From Eledone cirrhosa (Eukaryota), in the NCBI GenBank assembly GCA_964016885.1, contig CAXHJY010001467.1:1-58803 (forward strand): 58,803 bases of DNA, in the 5' to 3' direction. Position numbers and translations under genes: made by a program. The notes under the pieces are model-generated. The model ran no database searches, was not told the origin of the DNA, and saw only the letters and a list, made by a program, of their open reading frames with translations. This document shows, piece by piece, positions 38,389-52,037 of the stretch (positions within the stretch are counted from its first letter, which is position 1; every line of letters starts with the position of its first letter).

Positions 38389-39164
38389 TTGCATTTTCAT
38401 AGTAATGGCTTTACTTCACATATCGAATGAGATTGATATTTATTTTGAGAACAATACCTTAACATTTCAACTATTCCTTTCATCTTTCTGATGAGGGGTG
38501 GGGTGATAAAATAAAGTACCAGTTAAGTACTTGGGTCAATGTAATCGACTTTCCATTCCTCTCCAAATTGGTGGCCTTGTGCCAACATTAGAAACTTATT
38601 TTTCAACTAGACAGTGAAAGAGAGGCAGTAGCCCTATCAGGATCAGAGAGAGCGAGAGAGAAAGGGAAAGTAAGAGCAAGAGAGAGAGAAGAAGAGAGAA
38701 AAAGAGTGAGCAAAAGAGAAAATAGAGATAGTGTTGTGGGGAGGCGTGACTAAGTGAAATGACTAAAAGCCATGACTCAAAGACAAGATACAGACTTGAC
38801 AGGAGTTTATCTTTACAAGTATTGCTACTCACAGAAGAATTAATGAGACAAATGGAAGATATTTCTACTAAAACTATAAAAGACTTAACAACTAATTTAT
38901 ATAAACAGATTAAACACCACTCCTCCCCTACAAATACTAAAAGCAATTATAATATGATAATTAACAGTAGAACTAACCATCATAATTCCAAATAGAGGCT
39001 ATATAATTAAGTATATATACATATGATCACAGCTTGAAACACTCATGGTAAGACTTCTGAATGTATTTTATACATAACCAGTGTATATACCGATATGATT
39101 AATGGCTCAAAATAACTTATTGCTCAATATGAATGTGTAAGATGATGATGATGATGATGTCAAT

Positions 39165-39460
39165 GTGCGACAACCAAGTTGAGAGTGAAACTGTATAAGA
39201 GGGATAAACTGTAGTGTGAGGGAGAGAAGACTGTTGGTATGGACATGTGATGCGCATGAAAGATGACCGCTGGGTAAAGAAGTGCCAAGAAATCACGGTG
39301 GAAAGAAGACGCAGTAGAGGAAAACCTCGAGAATCATAGGTGGAGGTGGTGAGACCTGACCCCAGATTGCTGAAGCTCACAGAGGAGATGAGGGACTGAT
39401 GAAAAGGACCCATCCCAACCTTGCACACAAGGAAAAGTGGACGTATGATGATGATGATCA
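39165..39460 (+). mobile_element. RTE 3' fragment, same lineage as 1561-2593
   Basis: WYGHVMRMKDDRWVKKCQE; RTE tail and (GAT)n. Confidence 0.85.
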
Positions 39461-39464
39461 TAAT

Positions 39465-39740
39465 ATACTTCTCTGAATTGAAAGATCACAGCTCCTGTAC
39501 TATGGGCATGTGGTTAGAATGTCTCAGGAAAGAAATCACTGGACAGATTTTATCGTGCAAAACCAACCAACCGACAGGAGACCTAGGGGTAGAGCCCAAG
39601 CAAGAAGTTGGGTGGTCACACTTGGGGATCCAGCCAGATCAGCTGGAGATGGTTGCTGCTGACAGGACCAGCTGGAAGGAGTGTTTGAGGACTTTACTCC
39701 AACGAACCTCTCAGGAATAAGTGGGCGCAGAAGTAGAAGA
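39465..39740 (+). mobile_element. Rex3/Expander-like RTE 3' fragment (family D)
   Basis: GWSHLGIQPDQLEMVAADRTSWKECLRTL..SQE. Confidence 0.75.
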
Positions 39741-40153
39741 AATATATATTGCAGACATACTACGTTCAATTTGCCATGATGGCATGGGTTGGACAGGTTT
39801 TTGAGAATGTTTTAGAGCCAGATAACCTTCCTGATGATAACATTTTTTATAGTTACTTCAGCTCTTATGAGATGCAGGGATATACGTAGTGCACTCATTC
39901 TATAAACTGAGATGCATATGACAAGGATGATGATATATATTCATATGAGCAAGACGTAGTCTCTGGCCCTGACTCGTTTCATATCATAAGCTGTCTAACC
40001 CATGCAAGTGTAGAAAAATGGATTTTAAACAATGATATATATATATCATTAGCTTTGCCTTTCATCCTTACGGGGGTCAATAAAATAAAGTACCAGTAAT
40101 ACACTGGGATAATTGCTGGCCTTGTGCCAAAAGTAGAAACAATTAGTACAGAT

Positions 40154-40378
40154 TTAACCTTTAGCATTCCCATTACTCTATATTTACTATTGTATTTTCA
40201 CAGAAAAGGCTTTACCTCACATAATTATCTTGCATAGCATTGAATCTACGAGATTTTGATATATATTTTGAGAACAATACCATAATGTCGGTATGAGGGG
40301 TCAGTTATAGCTGGTTTGAACAGAAAGAGGTGAGAGAATTCTGGCCGGATATGACCGGTTTAAATGGTAAAGGGTTAA
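40154..40378. mobile_element. Uninterrupted ~225-bp TTAA/piggyBac-type MITE
   Basis: TTAA-CCTTTAGCATT ... AATGGTAAAGGG-TTAA. Confidence 0.8.
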
Positions 40379-41649
40379 AAGTTCAAGCAAAGAATTTCTG
40401 CTTTCACCCTAAGCAGGATCTTCTGAAACTGAGAAAAGTTATGTGGAGTGATTATATACCATCCTTATCAAGTCCTCTTCGGATTTTGGTCTGTATTATT
40501 ACTGTATATTGGTACCACAAAACACAGAGTCCACACTGTAAAGTGGTCATGTAGGAGACACGGTAAAAAGGGCATCCAGCCGTAGAAAACCTGCCAGAAA
40601 AACCCAACCCAACTTGCCTCAAATGGGACAAACCTGTCTAGCCCATGCTAGTGTGGAAGATAGACGTTAAACGATGATGATGATATATATATATATATAC
40701 ATATATATATATGCAAGCAGGGAAAAGCGGACGTATGATGATGATGAGCAAGACGTGACTTGTTTCATAATATGTTAAATGAGATGTATGTATACATATA
40801 AAATATGTGTATATATATATTTCTGGAAATGTTTTTAAATGCCAAGAATGTTACATAAAATTCTGTGCATGTGCACATGTCTGTTTTAATGGACTCACAA
40901 ATTTTCTCAATGTTCATACACATCTATACTTAAATGTAATACATATCCTTTCATGGATTTTGTAAAAAATTTTTTACCCTCTCCTCTTTAGTCAAGGCTA
41001 TCCACAAACTACTTTACAAAGTTTACTGGATATGTTTTTAATATGACACCATGACGGTTCTTTTCACACAACTGAAGAATCCTCAGTCCATCTTTGGTGC
41101 AGTTTTTACAGCTAGAGTTTCTCTCTCTCAACCACTTTACAGAGTGTACTTGGTGCATTTTATCCTAGCATCAACACTAGAGAGGCTGTCATGTCTTTGA
41201 CCCAATTTCTTAGTCATCTCAACCCTAAAATATTATTTGTGTTTATTTCCTTCATCTTAGAGGAAAAGTAAAGCAAATAAATAATTTAAAAAAAAGAAAA
41301 AAAAAAAAAGAAAATCATGGAGCTCAGAATACACAAATTCTAGCAAAACATCCAATTCAGTATTCTACCATTTTGGTCATTCCAACAACCACAATTCTAG
41401 AAATTGTTTTTAAATATCAAAGTTAAGCTAGTTGTCAAGAAACTAAATTACAATTGTGCCCATTAACTTATATTCTTTGCCAAAGTTGGCAACAGAGGGA
41501 AAAGGGAGAGGGGAGAGTGGGTTACTGAATTAGATTCTTTAGAGTATCCAAATATATATACAAGGTCTGTACAAAGTCGGTGATAGGCCTAGGCCAGATG
41601 TTTAATGTAGAAACCAACCCACCCACCCATTTCAAAACATACATTAGCT

Positions 41650-42000
41650 CTTAACATCCTATAATGACTATAGCAGAAAATATCTAAAAACAGGTTTGGT
41701 AATTCAAATGTTTATACTATCTTTACTGGTGGACAGATTATTGTCATTATATCCTGTAATGATTTAGCAGAAAATATCTAAAAACAGGTTTGTTAATTCA
41801 AATGTTTGTCTTATATTTACTAGTGGACAAATTTTGTTGTGAAAATTTGCAGTATTATCTCTTAACATGTAATGATTTAACAGAAAATATCTATAGCATC
41901 TTTACTGGTGGTCAGATTGTGAAAATTTGTAGTATTATATCCTAACATCCTGTAATGATTATAGCAGAAAATATCTAAAAAGTTGGTAATTCAAATGTTT
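41650..42000. repeat. Degenerate ~90-110-bp tandem repeat, about 4 copies
   Basis: GCAGAAAATATCTAAAAA..TAATTCAAATGTTT recurs. Confidence 0.8.
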
Positions 42001-42319
42001 ATAATGTATTAACTGTGAAAATTTAGTATTAACAAAGACTTTAATGTAGATAAACTTTTAATGTGAAGCAGTCCCGGTGCTGTTTTGTAATTTTCAATAA
42101 TGTTTTGCTAATATGGCTTCATATGGTACAGGATTTTCATATGGTAAAAGATTAAAAGTTCTAAGAATCAGCTCTAAAAATATGATATATAAAAGGTTTA
42201 CTAATATAGACAATGTACTTTCTTATGAATAATTGAATAAAACTAGAATTTAGGTGAATTTGAATTTATACTTTGTCTGGCCCACTCACAAACTTAGCTT
42301 TAATTATCAAATATTGGTG

Positions 42320-42697
42320 TCTCTGTAAAGTGGTCATTTTGGTGCCACAATAAACTACCCAGTCCACACTGTAAAGTGGTCATTTTGGTGTCATAATAAA
42401 AGCATCCAGTCCACACTAAAGTAGTTGTGCAGGTACCACAACAAAAGCACCCAGCCCACACTAAAATGGTCATGTAGGTGACACGACAAAAGTACCCAGC
42501 CCACGGCCTGGAAGTGGTCATGTTGATGCTGCAATAATAAAGCACCCAGTCCACACAGGAAATGTGGTTGGCATTAGGAAAAGCATCCAACCCAGCATCA
42601 GTTCTGTATGAGTAAAATCTGACTTGTTTCACAAATGGGACAACTTGTCTAACCCATGTTAGTGTGGAACAATAATGGACATTAAACGGTGATGATG
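42320..42697 (+). mobile_element. Family C fragment with about 5 internal ~45-bp repeats
   Basis: CCCAGTCCACACTGTAAAGTGGTC units, then the RTE tail. Confidence 0.75.
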
Positions 42698-43053
42698 AAT
42701 CGACTCCATCTGGAAACTAAGTCTGCATTGCAGATTTGGTTTGCTTATATATACCAAGGGTGTGTGCAAGTGTGTGTGCGTGTGGGGGGGGGGGATCACT
42801 ATAACAAGTACTATATTGGTAGTAGCATTTATATTACACTTACAGAAAATTGACACCGTGTCCCCACCGCCATCTCCCCCCAAAAAAAGAAAGAAAGGAA
42901 AAGAAAAAGATCTGATAAATTAAAATCGGAAAAAATAAAAATTAATTATACAGAATTTTCAGAAGAAATACACTAGTATTTAAAAAATACTAAAGCCTTT
43001 GATTACCAAAGGAACATCAATATTTGGATCAATGAGAAGTATGAACTACATCT

Positions 43054-43440
43054 TTAACCCAGCTATATCCGCCCAGAATTCTCTCACCTCTTTCTGTTCA
43101 AACTAGTCGTAACTGGCCACTCATACTGATGTTAAGGTATTGTTCTCAAAATAAATGGTTTCTTGTATAGTCACAAGCCAGCAATTTTGAGGGCGGGGAA
43201 GTCGATTAAATTGATCCCAGTGCGTGATTAGTACTTTATTTTATCGACCCCCCTGTAAGGATGAAAGGCAAAGTTAATAAAGGGCCGTAACTAAGCTGCA
43301 AAGCACGGCATCCAACCCTCTACCAATACCACCAATCCACATAAATGATATCAAAATCTCAAATTCGATATATAAGATAAAGCCTTTACCACAAAAAATA
43401 TAATAATATATATGGAGTAATGTAAATGCTAAAGAGTTAA
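43054..43440. mobile_element. TTAA MITE interrupted by a minus-strand family B SINE (about 43157-43340)
   Basis: MITE halves rejoin around ATAAATG. Confidence 0.7.
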
Positions 43441-43773
43441 TGTTTCATGGTATGGCCAAGTGGTTAAAGAGATTGACTTAGCAACCATGTGGTTCTAGGT
43501 TCAGTAGCACCTTTGTGGTACCCTGGGCAAGTGTTGTCTTCTGCTATAGCCTCAGATTGACCAATGACTTGTAAGTGGGATTTGGTAGTTGGAAATTACA
43601 GAAGCCTGCAACATACTCGCATACATGTACACAAGATTTTTAATTATGTGTGCTTGTGTTTGCGTGAGGGAGGGGCATGTGCATGGGTGTGTATGGAAAA
43701 GCCAGTACCATGCAACTATGGAATCTATTGATTGAACTAAAATAAAGAACGACAAAATATTTTTATCTTTTTA

Positions 43774-43813
<40 letters not shown>

Positions 43814-44466
43814 AAGTATGTGTAAAAGACACGGCAAAAAGCACCTAGCACACACTGTCAATGTGGTTGGCGTTAGGAAAGGTATCCAGCTGTAGATAAC
43901 CAGCCCAAAACACACCTATATGGGTGAGACAGCCACCCGACCCAACTTGCCTCTAAATGGGACTCGTCTAACCCATGCTAGCGTGGAAGAGACGTTAATC
44001 GATGATTATATATATATATATATATTAAGACAAATAAATGGAGGGAGAATAACCAACTTATATTTAAAACAATTTTAATTCTACATATGTTCCAATGAGA
44101 AAATCCTCAGACGATTTTAAATTGCTGTAAGGAAACTGGATAGCATAGAGCTTCTCTCATCTTTACCAGGATCTATATTAGAAAACTCCAATGATGATTT
44201 CTCACGAATGAAACAGTTCCAGTTCTGTAGAAGCTCTTCTATATTAAAACATTATATATATATATATATATATATCATGATACTTCAAACCTTTTTTAAA
44301 TTATAAAGAAAAATCAGAGTGCATTGTTTCTATGAGCTATTCCTTTGTCGTGTGATTGACCATTGGTGTAAATGTGACATGCACAGACAGGTCACCACAG
44401 CCTACTGGCTCCATGAAGCTCAGACCTGTTAATCTTTGGTTTATGCCCGTCTACAAGTGTAAAAAT

Positions 44467-44507
<41 letters not shown>

Positions 44508-44665
44508 AAAAGTCTAAAGTTTGTCTAGAGCTTTGAAGGCTCATCAGGTCAGTGGTTGTCTTGGTTTCCATGGCATGAAGTGACTGAGAGTACAAGACAT
44601 GCCCCCTGGACAGGACGCTACTGCATTGCAGGGTTAATTTTCAAATTACTTGACTGACTAAATCT

Positions 44666-45186
44666 AGGCGGTGGATTGGCAGTATCGGTAGAGGGTTGGA
44701 CGCCATGCTTTGCAGCATGGAGTTATGGCCCTTGCCATTCTGAGTTCAAATCCCACCGAGGTTAACTGTCTTTCATCCTTACAGGGTCGATAAAATAAAG
44801 TACCAGTAATACACTGGGTATTTGCTGGCCTTGTGCCAAAAGTAGAAACAATTATTATACACAGTACCAGTGGATTGGCAATATCGGTAGAGTGTCGAAC
44901 ACCATGCTTTGAGGTATAGTTATATCCCTTTAGGTCCCGAGTTCAAATAAAGTACCAGTAATGCACTGGTGTCAATTTAGTCGACTTTCCCCTTCCAAAT
45001 TATTGGCCTTGTGCCTAAATCAAAAACCATTTACATTCTGTGTTCAAATCCCTGAGGTTAGCTTTGCCTTTCATCCTTACAGGTGTCTATAAAATAAGGT
45101 ACCAGTAATGCACTGGGGAGGGTCAATTTAATCGACTTACACCCCCCCCCCCCAAATTGGCCTTGTGCCCATGGTAGAAACCATTA
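44666..45186 (+). mobile_element. Cluster of three family B SINEs
   Basis: Full copy at 44666-44853 plus two partial copies. Confidence 0.8.
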
Positions 45187-45978
45187 TATACACTGTCTTT
45201 CATAAGAAATATGTTAAAGAAAAGGTTAATGAATGTAGGAAGCGATTTCATTAGTTTGGACAACATATGAGTGAACGATGCAAGCGGAGTAACCCCCCCC
45301 CCCCCCCAAAAAAAAAAAAATGGAATCAACAACTGTGTCACAATGTAGCAATATAAAAATTTAGATAAATTAGTCAGTAGTTGACTCAATGACTTGGTTG
45401 AGCGAGGTAGGTTGTATCATAACATACCATACAGCTATGTATGAAAAATTTAGTGATGATGGTGATGAAGATAAAAATAGCATTTTTTTTAGTTATTCAA
45501 GAATTAGATTCATAAATAAAGTAAGGAAAAGGACATGTGGGAATAATACCTCTCATTGGGAATTCTATAAAAATCTGTTGTTGAAGCCTTATGTCTCAAA
45601 CATACATAAAACTGCTGTTTCTTGCATGGCCAAATAATTCATTAAACTATTTTTAGAAAGACATACATTTTGTGTATGCGTGCGTGTGCGTGAGTATTAT
45701 ATATATATTATATAAAAATGGTAGGCGGTGAATTGGCAGAGTCGTTAGAATGTCAGAATGCTTTATGGTATTCATTCTGACTGCTTTCTAAGTTCAATAG
45801 AAAAAGTACCAGTTTAGTACTGGGGTCGATTCTTCCCATCTCTCTCTCTGGGAGAAATCTGCTGTATTCAGTCAGGCCTAGAGAAAGACGAGTTCCACAA
45901 GGCTTAAAATGCCCAAGAAACGCCATTTGTCAATTTGGCATCTCTACGATTATCAGGAGTAATGGGACCATACACACA

Positions 45979-46013
<35 letters not shown>

Positions 46014-46072
46014 GACTGCTAATACTGGAATTGAATAATCAAAACCCTAGCGGAATGTCACATATCAAATCT

Positions 46073-46140
46073 TATATTTTGTCCGATGAAAACGTACTTA
46101 AACACCATTGTACCTTTGAAATATGTATAATAAAATATAT
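46073..46140 (+). ncRNA. Hammerhead relic (core CCGATGA)
   Basis: ATATTTTGT-CCGATGA-AAACGTAC..GTACCTTT-GAAA-TATGTA-TA-ATAAAATAT; all three stems can still pair. Confidence 0.6.
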
Positions 46141-46180
46141 ATTTTGATTGAGAATATTTTTCATTTATTAACATTGAATA

Positions 46181-46477
46181 ATCATCATCATTTTACGTCC
46201 GCTGCTTGCAAGGGTGGGACGGGAACTGATTCTGGCTTGATTTCTACAGCTGGATGCCCTTCCTAACACCAACCTCATTTACAGTGAGTGCAGGGTGTTT
46301 TTTTGCCATGGCACCTCCACGACCCCTGTCCCTATCATCTCATTTCTACAGCTGAGTGAACTGGAGTAATGTGAAATAAAGTGTCTTGCTCAAGGAAACA
46401 ACACCTGGTCTGAGAATTGAACTCACAACCTTTCGATTGCCAGGCCAATGCTCTAACGACTAAGCCATGTGCCTCCA
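46181..46477 (-). mobile_element. SINE family A
   Basis: Reverse complement of 87-418. Confidence 0.9.
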
Positions 46478-46951
46478 TATATAATATAAGGTAAATGCAA
46501 AGTTGTAGATGTTAAAGAGTCCTTTATTAATAAAGCTGTGATACATATTTCAATGGCAATCAGTCATTTGATTATTTAACCATGCTCGTGATCTCATCAG
46601 AGAGCAACTTTAAGTAAAAGGTTACGTTTCCAAGGCATTCCAAGATGCAAGGAATTGGACACAAAAAAAAATTAATAAACAATTAACATCAACTTTCATC
46701 ATTTTAATTAAACTCCATTCTTTTTTTTTGAAGGACAGGATGTTGAATGCTTGAATTGAATTGCATCTATATCATATATATATATGTCAGACGCGCTTGA
46801 TCACCACCTTTTCAAAAAAGTATATCATACACAAACCATCAGTTTTCCAAGAGATGGGAACATGTCTAGACCTGTTATATTTCTTGAGAAAATTTTTTTT
46901 CTTGTTTCCACTGCCAGCCTCCTTAATATTTCTATTTCTTTAATTTCTCAT

Positions 46952-46996
46952 TCTATTTTCTGATGAAGGCTTAGTGTCTGAAATGTTAAGATTCTT
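46952..46996 (+). ncRNA. Possible minimal hammerhead relic
   Basis: CTGATGA-AGGC-ttagt-GTCT-GAAA-TGT-TA-AGATT; stems I and III are weak. Confidence 0.4.
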
Positions 46997-47764
46997 TTCC
47001 TACTATATCAAGCATAAAACTAATATATATCTTCATTAATAAATTAAAACAAAAACATTCTTTTGTCCAAAGTTCAGATCAGCACATAAGACTTAGAACA
47101 TGCATATAGTACAAGAGGCAAAACAGTTTCAAATATATAGCTTATAGGTAGATTTTTTGATACAAATAAGCGTTTAAGGCGATCTTCCTTGCCAAAAACC
47201 CACATTACAAGTTTCTCCATTTTCTCCCTATTGTCTGCATACTTCTTACTCTATCAACCTCTTGGCTTTCATTTTCTCCTACATTATCTTTAGATATAAC
47301 TTTCTTTGTTTCCGCTCTTTCCTCTACTTCCATATTCATTTCCATCACTTAACATGACCCAACCATCTCACCACTCCATTTCTCTTCACAACATTTATCA
47401 CTGGCTTTATTTCCATCACTCCCCTCACCCAATCACTATCACCCTTCCTCAACACATGACCCAACCATCTTGTTCCATTTCCCTTTACAACATTCATCAC
47501 TGGCTTGTATTCCTATCACTCCTCTCACCCAGTCACTTTCATCCATCAACACATGACTCATCCTTCTCATTCCATTTTTCCTCACAATACCCATCACTCT
47601 GTACATATTGATGTTAAACATTAAAAACTGAATTATTCTGATCTAGATTTTCCAGTTGAAGATATCAAGTGTCAATACAAAATGGCTAGCAGACAAACAA
47701 CCATAATTATCCTCATCAGAATAAGGAAATTATTTCAAAGATATTTCTTAACTTTTACCAACTC

Positions 47765-48290
47765 AGATTGGAGAGTCACAGCTCCGATATTATAGGCATC
47801 AACGTCATCACTGTTTTACGGCCATTCTTCCATGCTAGCATAGGTTAGACGAGTTCTGTTGTGGGCAATGCCAGGTCAGGTAACCACGTCTTGCTCTTAC
47901 AGAACTGATTTTGACTTGACTACAGCTGGATGCCCTTCCTAACACCAACCACATTCATAGTGTGTACTGTGTACTTTTTACCATGGCGCCTACACGACTA
48001 CTTTGCAGTGTTGACTGGGTGATTTTTATCATGACACCTACATGACCACCTTACAGTGGTTAGAAGTGTCTCAGGAAAGAATTGCTAGATAGATTTTACG
48101 GGCAAAACCAACTGGCAGGAGACCCAGGGGTAGACCCCCAAGCAAGACAGTTGGACAATATCCATGAGCTTGGCTGGTCTTGCTTAGGGATCTAGTCGGA
48201 TCAGGTTGCTTCTGACAGGATCCGCTAGAAGGAATGTTTGAGGACTGCACTTACGACCCACTCAGGATTAAGTGGGCAAAGGAGGAGGCA
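47765..48290 (+). mobile_element. Family D RTE fragment interrupted by a minus-strand family C element (about 47800-48056)
   Basis: GAGTCACAGCTCCGATATTATAGGCAT ... GTGGTTAGAAGTGTCTCAGGAAAG rejoin to the family D consensus. Confidence 0.75.
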
Positions 48291-48409
48291 GTGGATTTGC
48301 AAATTCAGAGCATCAGGCTAAATGTTTGGTTTCAAATACAGTCGAGTTTAAGTTTGCCTTTCATCTATCTGGGGTTGATAAAATAAAGTACCAGTTAGGT
48401 ACCTTTAGA

Positions 48410-48582
48410 TGGAACAATAAAAAGGAAAAAGGGACCAAACATTGAAAAAGGGGGAGAAGGGAAGGAGCAGACACTACACCCCAGTCTGAGTGGTGCCTCA
48501 GTCGTGCCCCCATGGACAAAAGCGTTACTGCAAAGAGTGGCCAGAGACACTCGCTGCATCAGCCACCTCACCTCAAGAAAGC
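48410..48582 (-). mobile_element. Possible CRE-clade LINE extreme 3' fragment
   Basis: Translates EVRWLMQRVSLATLCSNAF, resembling the CRE terminal QRxSLAxxRGNA motif. Confidence 0.4.
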
Positions 48583-49105
48583 CTGAAATTGATATAAGTC
48601 AACTTTTCTCTCAACAAATTGCTGACCTTATGTCTTTTATAGAAATTATTTTTACCAGTCATATACTAGGATTGATATAATCAAATCCATGGCGTTTGAC
48701 CAATATAACAAATTATTCATAAAGAAAAATGGGGTTTATTTTGGAAAGGATCTGCCCAACCCATGCGAGGAAAACCGGACGTTACATGAAATCACACACA
48801 CACTTCGTTTTTGCCCTGCAAGATTTTTTTTTATGTGAAAACGTGTTTTGAAACGTACTTTGGGAGAGTCATGCTGCCAATAAAAAAAAAACAACTAACA
48901 GCCAAACAACCATCCGGTTATTAAACTAAATAAAACTAACCGATGGAAAAACTAGCTAGTTAACCAATAAAAATAAATTGAAGTTAGAACCCAACTGATG
49001 AGTGTTTTTAAGGGCAGCATGACCTTCTCAGAGTATCATACATACGTATATGGTTGACATGTGCGAGAAATGAGTACACAATACCGAAGTGGAGTTTTAA
49101 TATTC

Positions 49106-49253
49106 ATTTTATTAAGACTAAATAGTGAGTCTTGTTACTCTGCAGTTTTGCCTATTTATCACAGGGTCATCAGACAAGAACTCTTGTCTGATGACCCTGT
49201 GATAAATTGGCAAAACTCCAGAGTAACAAGACTATATTTAGCCCTAATAAAAT
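49106..49253. repeat. Near-perfect palindrome made of two inverted degenerate hammerheads
   Basis: 51-bp arms (49128-49178 and 49183-49233) with 2 mismatches and a 4-nt loop, extending imperfectly to about 70 bp. Confidence 0.9.
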
Positions 49254-51084
49254 ATATCTATATCTACATCTATATAACTGTATCCGGTTTAGAATAGGTA
49301 CACCATTTCTGTGTCGAGAAAAGCGACTAAAAGTTAATACCAGTTGTCAAACATCTAAAAATTGTCCCACCCAAATTCACGCCAGCGTGGAAAAGTGGTC
49401 TCAAAAAACAAAAACGATAAGTGAAACGTCTCACTAAAATACTATCAGTATTATTTATGTCCTTGTACAAAAGACTTGGTTCTATCTAAAAGTAAGGACA
49501 AGTCTTAAACTTTACTATTAACTTTTTGGACTTATTTGAAGAGAAACGAAACGAAGCAAAACAACTTGTTCCAATGATATATATCACAATTCGCATCAAC
49601 GTTCAAGCAATAAAACTAAAAGAAAAAAAACCCAAAGCAGTTGAAATTACAAATGTCTTTAAAAAAAATAAATATAATTCTCATATGACAAGTTTAAGAG
49701 TCCTTCCTCATTTAGGAATAAGGCCAGAAATATTTAGGAAATAGATTATACTGCCCCTCCCTTCCAATCAGTACTTCTATTTTATCGAGTCTCGAAAGGA
49801 TGAATGATAAGGTTTTAAGCACAGTGGGATTATTTGAACTAAGAACGTGAAGAACCAGAACCAGGACGAATACAATTTATTTTAACAGAGAATACTTAGT
49901 TATTCCAATATCTTAGCCTCGCTATCATCCGTGACAATGCTGAGAGTTTGTGTTGGAATTCTTAAGAAATTTATCTAAAATCATTAAAAGAGGAAACTCC
50001 AACACTCCTTGTTGCATGTAGCTGAGTTTGAGAGTCATCTTACCCCCATTCTTAAAATCTTTTATTTATTTATTTATTATAAACGTTCAAGGGTGGGCTG
50101 AAGCTGTCATAAGTTGACTATGAAGGAGTGATGCTAGTGCTGTGAAATGTTGCCTGCATTAATTTCAATTCTTATTGTTTCTTTCCAGGGGCTGTTGATA
50201 AATAAACCTCATTTGGTCATTCCATGTGAGTATCTTGGTCAGTCTATGAAATTTTCAGTCGACCCTCGTATAAAACATTAACATTAATATATTAGACGAT
50301 AAATTAAAGTACCAGTAATGCACTGGGTAATTGCTGGCCTTGTGCCTAAAGTAGAAACAATTAATATATTAGACGAAATCGTTAGCATGTATACAGATGG
50401 AATATATAGTTTACCATTCTAAATTAAAATAAGTTTTAAAAAAAGATATTTTATAAGCATTAGTTTCTTTTAGTTCGGATAAAAATGCTATTTTTTTTTT
50501 TTTCAAGAGGTGATAGAAATGGCAATACTTATCACGCCTTTCTCACTCTCATAGATGCGTGAGTGAATGAATGACTTCAACTGAAATCACCGGCACTTTT
50601 AACACTTGTTCCATAATGCAACGATCTTTCATGATAACTTTTATAACTACCGACTTTTCAGATTTTTTTTATTTATTTATTTATTTTTTTTACTACTTAA
50701 TTTAGGAGAGAGGAACAGTGCTCATGGCACTTTTCCGACACCCGGAGACCGGAAACCTGGCCCTAATGCTTGCTCTAAACCGGGTAACGGATTATGTCTA
50801 CCACCTAAATGAAAATTATTTTCAAATAAAATTACATTATATTTTGTATTGACTAGTGGGGCGGCGCAACCCAGCTTTCTGTTAAATAATATTCATTTTA
50901 TCTGTCAATAAATGTTTTATACCGTATAAAAACGATTTGAAACACTGACATAAAACCGCAGACTTTGTGGTCGGAAATAGTTGCTAATACAAACTGCAAT
51001 AAAAAAAAAATAAGATAAAATAAATCGACCCCAAGGAGAGGAATCCACCGCCCCTCAGGTATCTTTTTGTATGTGTGGAGTGAG

Positions 51085-52037
51085 GTATCGTCGATTATAT
51101 TGATCTCAGTCGTCGATTATATTGATCTCAGTACTTGATTGGTACTTATTTTATTGACTTCTGAAAGATAAAAAGTAAAGACAACTTTGTGGGCATTTGA
51201 ACCCAGAACATAAAAAACAAGGACGAACGCCACAAGACTTTCGTCCGAACCTCTGATTCTGGCAATTCACCACCTTTAATAATAGTGATTACTATAGACA
51301 AGGCCAGCAATTTGGGGGAGGGGAAAGTCGATTAAATCGACAGTGCATTACTGGTACTTTATTTTATCGACCCCGTAAGGATGAAAGGCAAAGTTAACCT
51401 CGGTTGAATTTGAACATAGAATGTAAATAATGGTTTCTGATATAGGCACAAGGCCAACAGTTTGGAGGGGAGGGGAAAGTCGATTAAATTGAAACCAAGT
51501 GCCTTACTGACTTTATTTTATCGACCTCATAAGGATGAAAGGCAAAGTTAACCTCGGTGGGATTTGAATGTAAAGAGACGTAACTATATACCGCAAAGCA
51601 TATTGTCCCGACTTATGATTTAGGCACAAGGACAACAATTTGGTGGGGGTGGGGAAATAGATAAAATTGACCCCAGTGCATTAACTGATATTTTATCAAC
51701 CCTGTAATAATTTTTTTTTTTTTAAGGTAAAGCTAACCTCTGCGGGATTTGAACAAAAACGTAGAAAGCCGTAACTAAATACTGCAGAATATTTTGTCCG
51801 ACGGTCTACCGATACTGCCAAATAATAATAATTGTTTCTACTTTAGGCACAAGGCCAGCAATTACTCAGTGCATTACTGGTACTTTATTTAAAACCGATC
51901 TGTGACATTTGCCATTCTGAGTTCAAATCCCGCCGAGGTTAACTTTGCCTTTCATCCTTACGGGGTTCGATAAAATAAAGTACCAGTAATACACTGCGAT
52001 AAGTGCTGGCCTTGTGCCTAACGTAGAAACAATTATT
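51085..52037. mobile_element. Cluster of about 6 family B SINE copies (mostly minus, last one plus)
   Basis: Repeated GGCACAAGGCCAGCAATT..TTTATCGACC..GATGAAAGGCAAAGTTAACCTCGG. Confidence 0.8.

Noticed and set aside
40381-40497. Segment shared (partly inverted) with 30070-30200, possible hammerhead
   Set aside because: Probably another retroelement end, but no recognisable CUGANGA core remains
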